From: an uncultured Pseudomonadales bacterium
Lineage (GTDB): Bacteria > Patescibacteriota > Microgenomatia > UBA1400 > Chazhemtobacteraceae
Assembly (NCBI GenBank): GCA_964618725.1
Contig: CAZUBK010000004.1
Coordinates: 15,485 to 79,484, forward strand
Direction of reading: 5' to 3'
DNA: 64,000 nt
This document shows positions 46,529 to 55,622 of this stretch, in pieces. The notes under the pieces were generated by a model that saw nothing but the letters and a program-made list of their open reading frames with translations, ran no database searches and had not been told where the DNA came from. Each line of letters begins with the position of its first letter. Within the stretch, counting starts at the first letter, position 1. A program made the position numbers and the translations under genes.

Positions 46529-46951
46529 ATGACCGACGACTCAGTGGACATCCTCAAGGCCCCATTCACCGAAGATCAGGTTAAAGCCATCACCGAATAC
46601 CAACAAGAAAGCCCTTGGCATCAGTACACCTGCTACACCGATTCTCAACATCCAACACTCGTCGCCTCCACCGATGGTTTAATCTGCAACGAATGTGGCC
46701 ATGTCCAAAACTGGGTATTTGCCTCAACCGCAGACGGATCCTGGAAGACGAATTACAATGACTTAACCAAACATTACGAAGATAGACTTTGTCAACTCGC
46801 CCAGAAATGGCGTGAGACCCACGATGGGGAACTCATTTCCCAATATTGTGGAATCATCTATCTCCTACTTGCCATCGATTGGGACAAAGATCTCGATTTC
46901 GTCTGTGAACTCCCAAGTGAGTTAATGCCAAAAGAATACTTCAACCATTAA
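46529..46951 (+). CDS. hypothetical protein with a CxxC...C ribbon-like motif
   Basis: The track ORF starts at TTG 46511. The internal ATG (MTDDSVD...) follows an AAAGGAG RBS. Contains CNECGHV. Confidence 0.45.
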   Translation: MTDDSVDILKAPFTEDQVKAITEYQQESPWHQYTCYTDSQHPTLVASTDGLICNECGHVQNWVFASTADGSWKTNYNDLTKHYEDRLCQLAQKWRETHDGELISQYCGIIYLLLAIDWDKDLDFVCELPSELMPKEYFNH

Positions 46952-47024
46952 CCCTCTCAAGCCCATTTTCCAAATCCACACTGCGGTGTGGATTTCTTTT
47001 ATCTCTCTTTTTTGCTTCCAAAAA

Positions 47025-47060
47025 CTATGGGTTGCAAGAAATCGCTCTTTCGAATATAAT
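47025..47060 (+). promoter_or_regulatory. sigma70-like promoter, family CTATGGGTTGCAAg-N17-TATAAT
   Basis: TTGCAA at 47032-47037, a 17-nt spacer, TATAAT at 47055-47060. Confidence 0.5.
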
Positions 47061-47099
47061 CATTTTATTCGTACTCTGTTATCGATAAGGAGATCTCAG

Positions 47100-47549
47100 T
47101 TGATCTACGTCGAAGCACCAAATACCTATATTGGCACCGAACTCTCACTCTTTCTGGCCGGTGGTATTACCGACTGCCCCAATTGGCAACATGAGCTTGT
47201 CAGATCCTTATCTAATACCAAACTCGCCCTTTATAACCCCCGTCGAGCCAACTTTCCCATACATGATCCATCGGCCGCCAATGGACAAATTGAATGGGAA
47301 ATTCAGTATCTACAAAAAGCCAGTGCAATCTCCTTTTGGTTTTGTCGTGAGACCCTCTGCCCCATCGTCCTCTACGAACTGGGCCTATGGTCACAACCCG
47401 GAGGTAAACCAATCTTTGTTGGTGTCGATCCTGAATATCAACGAAAACTCGATGTCATTATTCAAACCGCAAACCATCGACCAGAGGTCATGGTAGTGCA
47501 TTCACTGGAAGATTTAGCTTCGCAAATAATAGACTGGTACCTAACTTAA
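47100..47549 (+). CDS. nucleoside 2-deoxyribosyltransferase-like (NDT/SLOG-fold) protein
   Basis: TTG start 8 nt after an AAGGAG RBS. SLFLAGGIT (YLAGP-like) and CPIVLYELGLW (catalytic-Glu-like motif). The track ORF carries 38 extra N-terminal codons. Confidence 0.45.
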   Translation: MIYVEAPNTYIGTELSLFLAGGITDCPNWQHELVRSLSNTKLALYNPRRANFPIHDPSAANGQIEWEIQYLQKASAISFWFCRETLCPIVLYELGLWSQPGGKPIFVGVDPEYQRKLDVIIQTANHRPEVMVVHSLEDLASQIIDWYLT

Positions 47550-47563
47550 GTAGTGTAAAACTA

Positions 47564-47588
47564 CCCCCGCATGTTGCGGGGTTTTTGT
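47564..47588 (+). terminator. rho-independent terminator (CCCCCGC-atgtt-GCGGGGG + T5)
   Basis: GC stem plus a U-run after the NDT-like gene. Confidence 0.6.
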
Positions 47589-47632
47589 GTAAAATAGCCT
47601 CACCGTACTTTGACTCAACAAAGGAGTAGTCT

Positions 47633-47845
47633 ATGTCCTCCCATCAGCTCACCATTGAAGAGGTCAAAACCAGGAAAGCTAAAATAGACCAACGCCGCTA
47701 TCTCCTGGAAAGAGAACAAAGAGAACTCAACAAGGATCTCAAACGGCTACAGGAACAATGTCCTCACACCAACGCTTTCCCTACTCATCCAGGCAGAGAA
47801 TGCCCTGATTGCGGTCAAGTCCTTCGCCATTATCCCGTAATCTGA
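47633..47845 (+). CDS. small coiled-coil plus C-terminal zinc-ribbon protein; paralog of 62143..62445
   Basis: 70 aa ending ...LKRLQEQCPHTNAFPTHPGRECPDCGQ. The 62143..62445 product ends ...LSKLQEDCTHP...CPECGK. Confidence 0.45.
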   Translation: MSSHQLTIEEVKTRKAKIDQRRYLLEREQRELNKDLKRLQEQCPHTNAFPTHPGRECPDCGQVLRHYPVI

Positions 47846-47863
47846 TCAAGTCACTTCAAAAAT

Positions 47864-47888
47864 GCCCTCCGCTAAGGAGGGCTATTTA
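47864..47888. terminator. bidirectional terminator (GCCCTCC-gctaa-GGAGGGC + TATTT)
   Basis: Lies between convergent genes. Confidence 0.55.
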
Positions 47889-47890
47889 AC

Positions 47891-48649
47891 CTACTGACAT
47901 TCCGCCTCTAACAACATCGTCTTGAACTCTTCCAAATCGCCTATGCCATCATGGTTGCTATCAGGATCAAGAAAATTGTATCCCAAGATACCGCTTAAGA
48001 CTACCTCCGCGATATCCGGTACCCCATCCCCATCACTATCGGGATCAAAATAGGTCAAATTAACGGGAATCCGACACGCCCGCATCTCCATCTCGAATCC
48101 ATCAGCCATTCCATCCCCATCGGTATCGGGATCAAGCGGATTACTGTAATGTGACTCATAGGCATCCTTTACCCCGTCACCATCTGTATCCGGGTTACCC
48201 GAATCAGTTCCAATTTGCCTCTCGTAGTCATCCGGCAGCGAGTCGTCATCCGAATCAGCATTGGGAACCAATGGATCAAGGCCGTGTAGGTCTCCAAATG
48301 TTATCTCCACCCAATCCTCGAATCCATCCTTATCTGTATCGGGATCAAGCGGATCCGTTCTCAAGCGCTTCTCTTCACCATCCCAGACATTATCTTCGTC
48401 GGTATCAAAAAGCTTCGGATTAGTTCCATCCTCTATCTCTTCCGAATAGGTCAGACCATCACCATCATCATCACTCTCCGAGTCTGGTACTTGCGTCGGA
48501 GTTGGAGCTAGTGTCTCGGCCGGCCCGAAGGAAAATGGAGTACCCACCATTTCCGTGGCTTCTACCGTGGCTTCTTCAGTTAAAATCGTCTCAACCTGTT
48601 TACACCCACCCAGTAGCAACAGAAAAAAGATCGCCAATACTCTTTTCAT
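47891..48649 (-). CDS. lipoprotein with thrombospondin type-3-like Ca-binding repeats
   Basis: LLLGGC lipobox. Repeated DxDxDG motifs (DPDTDKDGFED, DPDTDGDGMADGFE, DPDSDGDGVPDIAE). Confidence 0.6.
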   Translation of the reverse strand: MKRVLAIFFLLLLGGCKQVETILTEEATVEATEMVGTPFSFGPAETLAPTPTQVPDSESDDDGDGLTYSEEIEDGTNPKLFDTDEDNVWDGEEKRLRTDPLDPDTDKDGFEDWVEITFGDLHGLDPLVPNADSDDDSLPDDYERQIGTDSGNPDTDGDGVKDAYESHYSNPLDPDTDGDGMADGFEMEMRACRIPVNLTYFDPDSDGDGVPDIAEVVLSGILGYNFLDPDSNHDGIGDLEEFKTMLLEAECQ

Positions 48650-48714
48650 CTCAACCTCAACATCTTCTTAAAGTACGTTCGCCAGAGTATACACCTTAGT
48701 AAAATATAATCCCC

Positions 48715-49362
48715 TCACTCTCCCTCCCCTACATACTCGAGCTCATAACCAATCTTCCTCCTTCTCAACCCTTTCTCTAATAATAGATTCCTCTGTCGGC
48801 TCGAAACTAGCATTAACCCCTTTTTTCTCCCCTCCATTCTCATCTCCTTAAAGCGTATTTTCAACTTCTTAAGAACCTCCTCTACCCTGACTACTTCAGT
48901 TGCCTTAATCAATATCAGGTAACTATCTCCCTTCAAGCCGATCTTGTATTGTAGTGTCGCCAAAGGGTTTAGCATTAGCACCAAGACCGTCGTTAATAAC
49001 GCCGGTGAATAGAATCCTGCCCCCAAGGCCACCCCGATTGCCGCACTCACCCAGATCGTTGCCGCCGTCGTTACCCCAACCACCTTATTACCCCCATTCT
49101 TGAGTATCACTCCCGCCCCCAAAAAACCGATCCCCGAGACAATCTGTGCCATCAATCTCGCCGGATCTGCCGCCGGATGATCATAGATCTTGCCCAAATA
49201 TACCGACATTCCTGACAACAAAGCCGAACCGACACAAACAAGCATTTGCGTCCTAATCCCTGCCGCTTTTCCACTTCGTTCTCGATCATATCCCACCACC
49301 ACACCAGCAACAAAGGCCAAAAACACCCTAAACAAAATCACTACCTGTATCGAGTCAATCAT
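48715..49362 (-). CDS. MgtC/SapB-family membrane protein
   Basis: 215 aa. N-terminal polytopic domain (GYDRERSGKAAGIRTQMLVCVGSAL) and a C-terminal soluble domain. Confidence 0.75.
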   Translation of the reverse strand: MIDSIQVVILFRVFLAFVAGVVVGYDRERSGKAAGIRTQMLVCVGSALLSGMSVYLGKIYDHPAADPARLMAQIVSGIGFLGAGVILKNGGNKVVGVTTAATIWVSAAIGVALGAGFYSPALLTTVLVLMLNPLATLQYKIGLKGDSYLILIKATEVVRVEEVLKKLKIRFKEMRMEGRKKGLMLVSSRQRNLLLEKGLRRRKIGYELEYVGEGE

Positions 49363-49406
49363 TGGCGGTATTCTACACCCCCACCTATTTCCTCAACCCC
49401 TTTTTG

Positions 49407-49442
49407 CTATAGGTTGCATTATCTCTCCAATTCAGTTAAAAT
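49407..49442 (+). promoter_or_regulatory. sigma70-like promoter, family CTATAGGTTGCAT-N17-TAAAAT
   Basis: TTGCAT at 49414-49419, a 17-nt spacer, TAAAAT at 49437-49442. Confidence 0.45.
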
Positions 49443-49487
49443 GACCCTCTGTTCAACTGTAAGCACCTTAAAAAAGGAGTCAGCTAT

Positions 49488-50303
49488 ATGGATCTGGGCA
49501 ACCTCTATCACAGTGGGCCTCGTTATGATCAACAGTACACCGGGTACGAATCAGACATCCCCTTCCTCGTTCAACTGGCTGAGGAGTTTGCCGGCATCGA
49601 GCCAGTTCTCGAGTTCGCTTGCGGCACCGGTCGTATCACCATCCCGATTGCACAGGCGGGACACCGCATTATTGGCGTCGACATCTCACCCGCCATGTTG
49701 CAAACCGCCACCGACAAGATCAAACTACTCGATCCAAAACCTGCCAAAAACGTCACCTTAATCGAAGCTGATATGCGTACCTACATCTCACCCCATGCCG
49801 GCTTTCATCACTTGGCCCTCGTCCCTTTTACCGCCTTTCTCCATCTGACTTCTCAGACAGATCAACTGGCCGCTCTCAGTAACTTCGCCCTAAATCTCCA
49901 CCCCTCTTTAGGCTTTCTCCTCGTCGACATTTTTAACCCCAAGTTGAAACGCCTGACCGATTCCGATACCACTTCAATCCCCTTTCTTGAAAAACAGGTT
50001 CCCATTAACAACGGCCAGCACATCCTGATCCGCCAGACTGCCACCGAATACTTCCCCGCCAGTCAAAACTGTCGTTGGACATTTTTAGTCAACATTTACG
50101 ACGCCGTCACCGGCAACCTGGTTGAGTCATATCGTGAGGCTAGTACTGTTCGCATTATCTTCCCTAATGAATGGCGCCTCCTGCTCCAACTTGCCGGCTT
50201 TACCATTATCAAAAAATGGGGTAACTACCAGTATCAACCCTTCGTTGATACCTCTCCCCGCATGCTCTTTCTCGCCAAAAGGACTCATAACCCGCTAGTT
50301 TAG
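49488..50303 (+). CDS. class I SAM-dependent methyltransferase
   Basis: LEFACGTGRITIPIAQAGHRIIGVDIS (motif I and post-I). Confidence 0.7.
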   Translation: MDLGNLYHSGPRYDQQYTGYESDIPFLVQLAEEFAGIEPVLEFACGTGRITIPIAQAGHRIIGVDISPAMLQTATDKIKLLDPKPAKNVTLIEADMRTYISPHAGFHHLALVPFTAFLHLTSQTDQLAALSNFALNLHPSLGFLLVDIFNPKLKRLTDSDTTSIPFLEKQVPINNGQHILIRQTATEYFPASQNCRWTFLVNIYDAVTGNLVESYREASTVRIIFPNEWRLLLQLAGFTIIKKWGNYQYQPFVDTSPRMLFLAKRTHNPLV

Positions 50304-50377
50304 TGCCATATTGACACACCGAACAACTTAAGGTAATATTACAGGGTACAAATACAACTCAACAAGGAGAAGCTCAA

Positions 50378-50767
50378 GTGAGTTACATCAGTCTTTTCGT
50401 CGCTCTGCTTCAGACCATGGGCTCAACCCTCACCGGGGCACCCTGGTGGGACCTATATCTTGATAACCTCGTTGGTGTCGAAACCTGGTTCTACCACGCT
50501 TCGTGGTGGATTTGGGGAATCGCCCTCGTCATCGCTATCGTCTTCGTCGTTCTCGCCTATCTTGGTGGAGAAAACAAAGACGCCGGTATCGGCGCCGGTC
50601 TTGGCTGTGGTTGCTTGATGATCGTTCTTCTTACCCTCCCTCTCTGGGAATGGATAACTTTAAAACTGGCCCAGGGGATGGCTTCGGCTATTGACCCCAC
50701 CGGTGTCGTCAATCAGGGGCAGCTCATCATGAACGCCTTGCTTTACGCTCTGCTCGGCACTGGATAA
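50378..50767 (+). CDS. hypothetical membrane protein, 129 aa
   Basis: Four hydrophobic segments. Confidence 0.45.
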   Translation: MSYISLFVALLQTMGSTLTGAPWWDLYLDNLVGVETWFYHASWWIWGIALVIAIVFVVLAYLGGENKDAGIGAGLGCGCLMIVLLTLPLWEWITLKLAQGMASAIDPTGVVNQGQLIMNALLYALLGTG

Positions 50768-50776
50768 TCCCATCTC

Positions 50777-50806
50777 GGCCCACACTTCCCATGTGGGCCT
50801 TTTCCT
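50777..50806 (+). terminator. rho-independent terminator (GGCCCACA-cttcccat-TGTGGGCC + TTTT)
   Basis: CCCACA/TGTGGG terminator family. Confidence 0.6.
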
Positions 50807-50887
50807 TTATCGCCCTCTTGACTATGAGCCTGTTTAAGGCTATACTTTCCTTACTTTGTTCCTTCTCACATATAAAGGAGTCGTAAA

Positions 50888-51253
50888 ATGGCTGATCTTC
50901 TTAAAGATGATCCGACTTTCACAGGCACAGTACTTCAGAGTCGTGATGAGTTTGGTTATTACCTTCAGAGAGGAGACCAGATCTTCATCCAGCCGGGATA
51001 CGCCTATGATCCCGAGCACGAAACTGACACCACGCTCACAACCGACGAAAATGGTCTCAACGTGCAACCTGTCATCGATTATGTTTATGCCGTCAAAGGC
51101 AACAGCGTCCTGACCTGCATGGGTTGGACACTAGGCGGTTGCCACGCCGCCGGCCACGTCGGCATGACCGGGCACTCGGTGCCCGAGCCTTCCAACAAGG
51201 CTAGGCGTCTCGAAGCGCTGGCGAATCGCCAGCAAAACTCCGATCTCAATTAA
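50888..51253 (+). CDS. hypothetical protein with a Cys/His cluster
   Basis: 121 aa containing CMGWTLGGCHAAGHVGMTGH. Confidence 0.45.
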   Translation: MADLLKDDPTFTGTVLQSRDEFGYYLQRGDQIFIQPGYAYDPEHETDTTLTTDENGLNVQPVIDYVYAVKGNSVLTCMGWTLGGCHAAGHVGMTGHSVPEPSNKARRLEALANRQQNSDLN

Positions 51254-51268
51254 TGATTCTTTCCCTCA

Positions 51269-51297
51269 CACCACCCCCTCATCGGGGTGGTTTTTTC
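51269..51297. terminator. bidirectional terminator (CCACCCC-ctcat-CGGGGTGG + T6)
   Basis: Lies between convergent genes. Confidence 0.6.
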
Positions 51298-52143
51298 TTA
51301 CCCCATTTTTCTCGCTTTCCTCAACTGCTTCATCACCTGCCACATTACCTGCATGTTCGGATCATCAAAATCCCAGCTATTTATCTTCTCCACTACTCCG
51401 GCATAGTGCCCCCTGAATCTTCTTGGTATCTCCATTGCCATCATCGTCATTAGACCATCAACCACCAACTGTCTCGCCTCACGCCGGGAAAAGTGACCAC
51501 ACAAGTTTTCGTACACTAAGGCCACATCCACCATGGGTAATGCCTTTACTTCAGGTCGTGGTGACCAGATCTTGTATTCGGTCACAATCGGCAACACCAT
51601 TCCCGCCTTTTCCCCCACAAAAACAGCTCCGCGTTGAGCCGCCACCATAGGCAGCTGGATCGGTATCACCAGTTTTCCAATCTTCCTTTTCTCCGTTGTC
51701 CTCGTCCCTTCAGGGTAGATCAAGACCACTCCTCCCGGCTTACTTAATATCTCCTCACTCCTAACGATAGCCGTCCTCGCCGCCTCCATTCTCCGTGCCT
51801 GACTTACTCGATTGTTGTCATGCTGATATACCCTGATCGGCTCCATCCCCCATTCTTGCAATGCCCCCATCACCAGTCTTCCATATTTACCCATCTCTCC
51901 ATCAAAAAACTTACTTGTCATCACAATACCTGTTTCTCCCCTATTTCCCAAATATTGCAAAATCGTCTCAATCCCATATACCGCCCCAATTGAATTAGGG
52001 TGATTACTCACTACCACCAGACTATGCTCTCTTAAATACTCATTAGCCAAGAATAGATTCCGCTCTCCTTCAACCCGCATTAAACCACCCTCAATATTTG
52101 CTATCAAACCGGCTATTCTTCCCACCCACCTCTCCTTGTCCAT
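51298..52143 (-). CDS. lysophospholipid acyltransferase (PlsC/LPLAT-like)
   Basis: VVSNHPNS (NHxxxx motif I-like) and IYPEGTRT (motif III). Confidence 0.55.
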   Translation of the reverse strand: MDKERWVGRIAGLIANIEGGLMRVEGERNLFLANEYLREHSLVVVSNHPNSIGAVYGIETILQYLGNRGETGIVMTSKFFDGEMGKYGRLVMGALQEWGMEPIRVYQHDNNRVSQARRMEAARTAIVRSEEILSKPGGVVLIYPEGTRTTEKRKIGKLVIPIQLPMVAAQRGAVFVGEKAGMVLPIVTEYKIWSPRPEVKALPMVDVALVYENLCGHFSRREARQLVVDGLMTMMAMEIPRRFRGHYAGVVEKINSWDFDDPNMQVMWQVMKQLRKARKMG

Positions 52144-52242
52144 ATCTTAGTATTGTAATGACAACTACTGATGAAATCATACCATTCATCACTAAACGCA
52201 ATCAGGGGCGGCAATAGCCGCCCCTTCTCATGGTTACACTCT

Positions 52243-53370
52243 CTACTTCGGGGGCTTCTGCGTTGGCACTGCCCCCGGTACGACATAGATCTGTTGGTTA
52301 ATATCAGCATAGTTGTTGTAGAAGATATTATCTGAAGACAGTACTACCTCTGCCCATTGCCGGACATCAACACCATACTGGTTCTGACCAAATTGACTGC
52401 CCTTGATCTCAACCACCGAGTGGCCAAAAGCCAAAACACCAGCCATCTTATTGTCAACAAACACGCTGCTCACAATCTTTCCCTTCGAATCATCAAAAAA
52501 GGCTATTGCCGCATGATTCAACTTCCCCCTCACCGAGATAACCGTCAATTGCCCTTGATCTTCAACCAGGATACCAACCGAGTGAGCATAAATCTGAGAA
52601 GTCGTAATGGTCACCTTCGATGTATCAAACACCACCACACCATATCGATTCCCCGTGGTGCCTCCATAAAAAAGACTGCCTGAAATCTCTACTTCCGCCC
52701 CGTTCTCGGCTAAGACACCAGCCCCCCAGTAATTGTCACCAAAGACCGATCCCGCTATTTCCCCGACCGCATTGGATATCCTCAATCCGGCGTGGAGATC
52801 GGCTTTATAATTACCCAGCGTTCGGGATCCAAAGAAATCAACATCCTTCACCGCAAAACTCATTCCTTCAATCAATACTGTATCTGAACCAATACCAAAT
52901 TGAGAGTAATGAAAACCTATCCCCTCAAGTTGTAGCTGATCCTCTGCCTCACCAATAAAATTAAACACACAGCCGCCCTGCGAGGCAAGAATAGTCGTCC
53001 TTTCCGATCCTGCTCCCCTTATCGTCAACGGTTTCTCAACCAACAAACACTCGCTTACCTTGTAAACTCCTGCTTCCAGAGTAATTACCTCGTCAGCCGC
53101 GGCCTCCAGGATCAAGTCGTCAATCAACACTCCCGGTAACTCAGTCTCAACTTCTTGTGTCGAGTCAGCGTTCTCTGGGAGTTCTAGTGGCGGCTCGGTC
53201 ACCTCAGGTCGTACCTCAGGCGTCGCCGTCGGTACTGGAAACAAATTACTGAAATCAGCCGTCGACTCAGGCGTTGCGGTCACCGGCACTACCACCGTCC
53301 GAGTTACTATTTCCGTTTGACCACAACCTACCAAAGACAATAAAACCAACAACCAACTCAATCTGCGCAT
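52243..53370 (-). CDS. secreted right-handed parallel beta-helix repeat protein
   Basis: Signal peptide or lipobox (LVGC), then repeated G-x-hydrophobic beta-helix rungs. Confidence 0.55.
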   Translation of the reverse strand: MRRLSWLLVLLSLVGCGQTEIVTRTVVVPVTATPESTADFSNLFPVPTATPEVRPEVTEPPLELPENADSTQEVETELPGVLIDDLILEAAADEVITLEAGVYKVSECLLVEKPLTIRGAGSERTTILASQGGCVFNFIGEAEDQLQLEGIGFHYSQFGIGSDTVLIEGMSFAVKDVDFFGSRTLGNYKADLHAGLRISNAVGEIAGSVFGDNYWGAGVLAENGAEVEISGSLFYGGTTGNRYGVVVFDTSKVTITTSQIYAHSVGILVEDQGQLTVISVRGKLNHAAIAFFDDSKGKIVSSVFVDNKMAGVLAFGHSVVEIKGSQFGQNQYGVDVRQWAEVVLSSDNIFYNNYADINQQIYVVPGAVPTQKPPK

Positions 53371-53480
53371 TACATAACCTCCAACGATCTATAAGTTAAT
53401 GAACTTTTCCGTATCATATCACTTTAGAGTCTTGAAACTGATACTACAAAAAAAGAGGCCCTCAACAGGCCTCGTCCTCA

Positions 53481-54548
53481 CTAACTCTCATCCCTAACCC
53501 GACACTCGTTGTTAATCAACGTTGCTCTCGCCTCATCCCGAATCCAGATATCCTCTAGCTCGTTTTCCTCACAAATATTTTTCGTCAACTCCGGTCTTGA
53601 ACTAAGAAAGACTCCAACCGCGATTTTGTTGCCTACCAACCTATTTCCTTCTGCCTCTCCGCCGGCCATTGACCAATACGCCACCCCAATCTGATTCGAA
53701 ACGCACTCATTCCTGAACAGGCGGGGTTTCCCAAAATTAAGAACCACAATTCCAAACACTCCATTATTGCTACAGATATTTCTTCTTGCTTCACCACTTC
53801 CGGCAATGTCATACAAAATACCGGCTAACAAATTATCCGTCACTGTATTCCCCACCAATATCGGCTTTGCCACCCCCGCCACAACTATCCCTGATTCCCC
53901 GTTATACCGACAAGTATTTCTCTTGGCCTTCCCTTTAGAACTGCCAAAAAAGCCTATTCCCATCACCAGATTGTCTGAACACAAGTTATCTACTAAAGTA
54001 ACTTTTACTCCTTCCCGCAGCAAAAAACCCGCTTGATTGTTATGGTGAGAATTGCATCCCCGCACCGTCCCAGTCGTCTTACCAATGATCGAGAGACCCG
54101 CCCGTCGGATATCTTTGTATCCCGTCTCTGCCCCCCTAAACTGACAATTGTAAAAGGAGATCTTTCCTCCCGTCACAAAAACTACATCCGCCGGCCTACT
54201 CCCTACATGGATCACACCAACTCCCCACAAGCGATAGAAACCACTCGGGCCAAACTGCACCACACATCCCGAGTCTTTCGAGGCAATCAACGTCTTATTT
54301 GAATCAAAGCCAATCAAATTTATCGACTTCTTGAATCTCACACATTTCTCTGTCTCATATATCCCAGGGGTAAGTAGCACTATTGCCCCATCTGGCACTC
54401 CATCGGCCATCATTAGCAAAGTATCATAGTCTCTACTTCCATCTGCCGACATAACTACTAATCGACCCGACCATCTTAAGATGACTATAGATATAGCAAG
54501 AACTATAGCCACCAAAAAGACAGAAAGAGCAATCTTCTTACCCATCAT
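53481..54548 (-). CDS. secreted or membrane-anchored parallel beta-helix repeat protein
   Basis: N-terminal TM or signal segment. Repeated NxGxxGI-like rungs, NosD/pectate-lyase-like. Confidence 0.55.
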   Translation of the reverse strand: MMGKKIALSVFLVAIVLAISIVILRWSGRLVVMSADGSRDYDTLLMMADGVPDGAIVLLTPGIYETEKCVRFKKSINLIGFDSNKTLIASKDSGCVVQFGPSGFYRLWGVGVIHVGSRPADVVFVTGGKISFYNCQFRGAETGYKDIRRAGLSIIGKTTGTVRGCNSHHNNQAGFLLREGVKVTLVDNLCSDNLVMGIGFFGSSKGKAKRNTCRYNGESGIVVAGVAKPILVGNTVTDNLLAGILYDIAGSGEARRNICSNNGVFGIVVLNFGKPRLFRNECVSNQIGVAYWSMAGGEAEGNRLVGNKIAVGVFLSSRPELTKNICEENELEDIWIRDEARATLINNECRVRDES

Positions 54549-54634
54549 CCACCTATCTCACAACTTGTTAAAGTCCGTTGTCTTAATTGTACACTTCTAA
54601 AAAAAGGCCCGGCTTAAAGCCGGGACCAATGAAA

Positions 54635-55348
54635 CTACTGACTTGGATCCAAAGGATTAGTCGCCGTTTCACCAAAGAGTTCCTCTCCATCCGTCCTACC
54701 GTCCCCATCAGTATCTGGATCAAGTGGATCGGTTTTTGTTCCCTTGGTTTCCAAAATATTTGCTAAACCATCGCCGTCAAAGTCCTGATTATACACAAAC
54801 GGATTCATCCCATACTGCTGAAGCTGAACCTCAAACCAGTCATCCCAAGGATCCTCGTCTGTACTCGACTCCACCGGATTAGTACCGTAAAGATAGACTT
54901 CCACACCATCAGTCAATTTGTCTCCGTCGGTATCCGGATTTGCCGGATCGGTTCCCCAAATTGCTTCATCTGTATCAAACAGATCGTCACCATCGGTATC
55001 AATATTCCCGACTAACGGATCAGACATAAAGACCAATACTTCCAAACCATCAGACGCCCCGTCTCCGTCAGTATCCGGGTTCAACGGATCGGTTCTGACT
55101 ATTTCTTCCGTCTCATCCCACAGAAGGTCCTTGTCTGTATCTTGCTTGACCACCAACCCACCAGTTTGAGGACTGACCGTCACCCCTACTGTTGGCGCTC
55201 TTTCCTCCGTCGGTAGATCAAGAATCCCACCGCCCCCTTCAGACGTCGGCTCAACCGTCTCTTCCTCTATCTCTTCGACTGCTTCCGATTTACAGGAAAC
55301 CAGCAACAACAAAAACAAAACACCACCAACAAACACCCACCGTTTCAT
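54635..55348 (-). CDS. lipoprotein with thrombospondin type-3-like Ca-binding repeats
   Basis: LVSC lipobox. DPDTDGDGASDGLE, NIDTDGDDLFDTDE, DPDTDGDGRTDGEE. Confidence 0.6.
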   Translation of the reverse strand: MKRWVFVGGVLFLLLLVSCKSEAVEEIEEETVEPTSEGGGGILDLPTEERAPTVGVTVSPQTGGLVVKQDTDKDLLWDETEEIVRTDPLNPDTDGDGASDGLEVLVFMSDPLVGNIDTDGDDLFDTDEAIWGTDPANPDTDGDKLTDGVEVYLYGTNPVESSTDEDPWDDWFEVQLQQYGMNPFVYNQDFDGDGLANILETKGTKTDPLDPDTDGDGRTDGEELFGETATNPLDPSQ

Positions 55349-55528
55349 CAGAAACTCTCCCTTTATTTCTCAAAGTACTTCTAGCGATCAAAAAAGCATA
55401 TCACATACAAGTTTCTCATTTACAATTTCCTTCTAACGCTCCCTTGACAAAGATGATAGTATCTTTGCATTCAAGCTCTTTGACAATTAAACGGATCAAG
55501 GAGACACTTTTCTATAAGGAGGTGGAGA

Positions 55529-55621
55529 ATGAAATCCAAAAACTCCTCCCTCGGGTTGTGCTTTTATCTTGCTTTTCCTTCGGTTAATCGCCGCGTCTTT
55601 TATTGGTTAAAGGAATCATAA
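55529..55621 (+). CDS. candidate 30-aa upstream ORF (leader peptide) of the FtsH-like gene
   Basis: AAGGAGGTGGAG RBS 8 nt upstream. Product MKSKNSSLGLCFYLAFPSVNRRVFYWLKES. Its stop TAA ends 1 nt before the FtsH-like ATG. Confidence 0.35.
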   Translation: MKSKNSSLGLCFYLAFPSVNRRVFYWLKES

Positions 55622-55622
55622 A

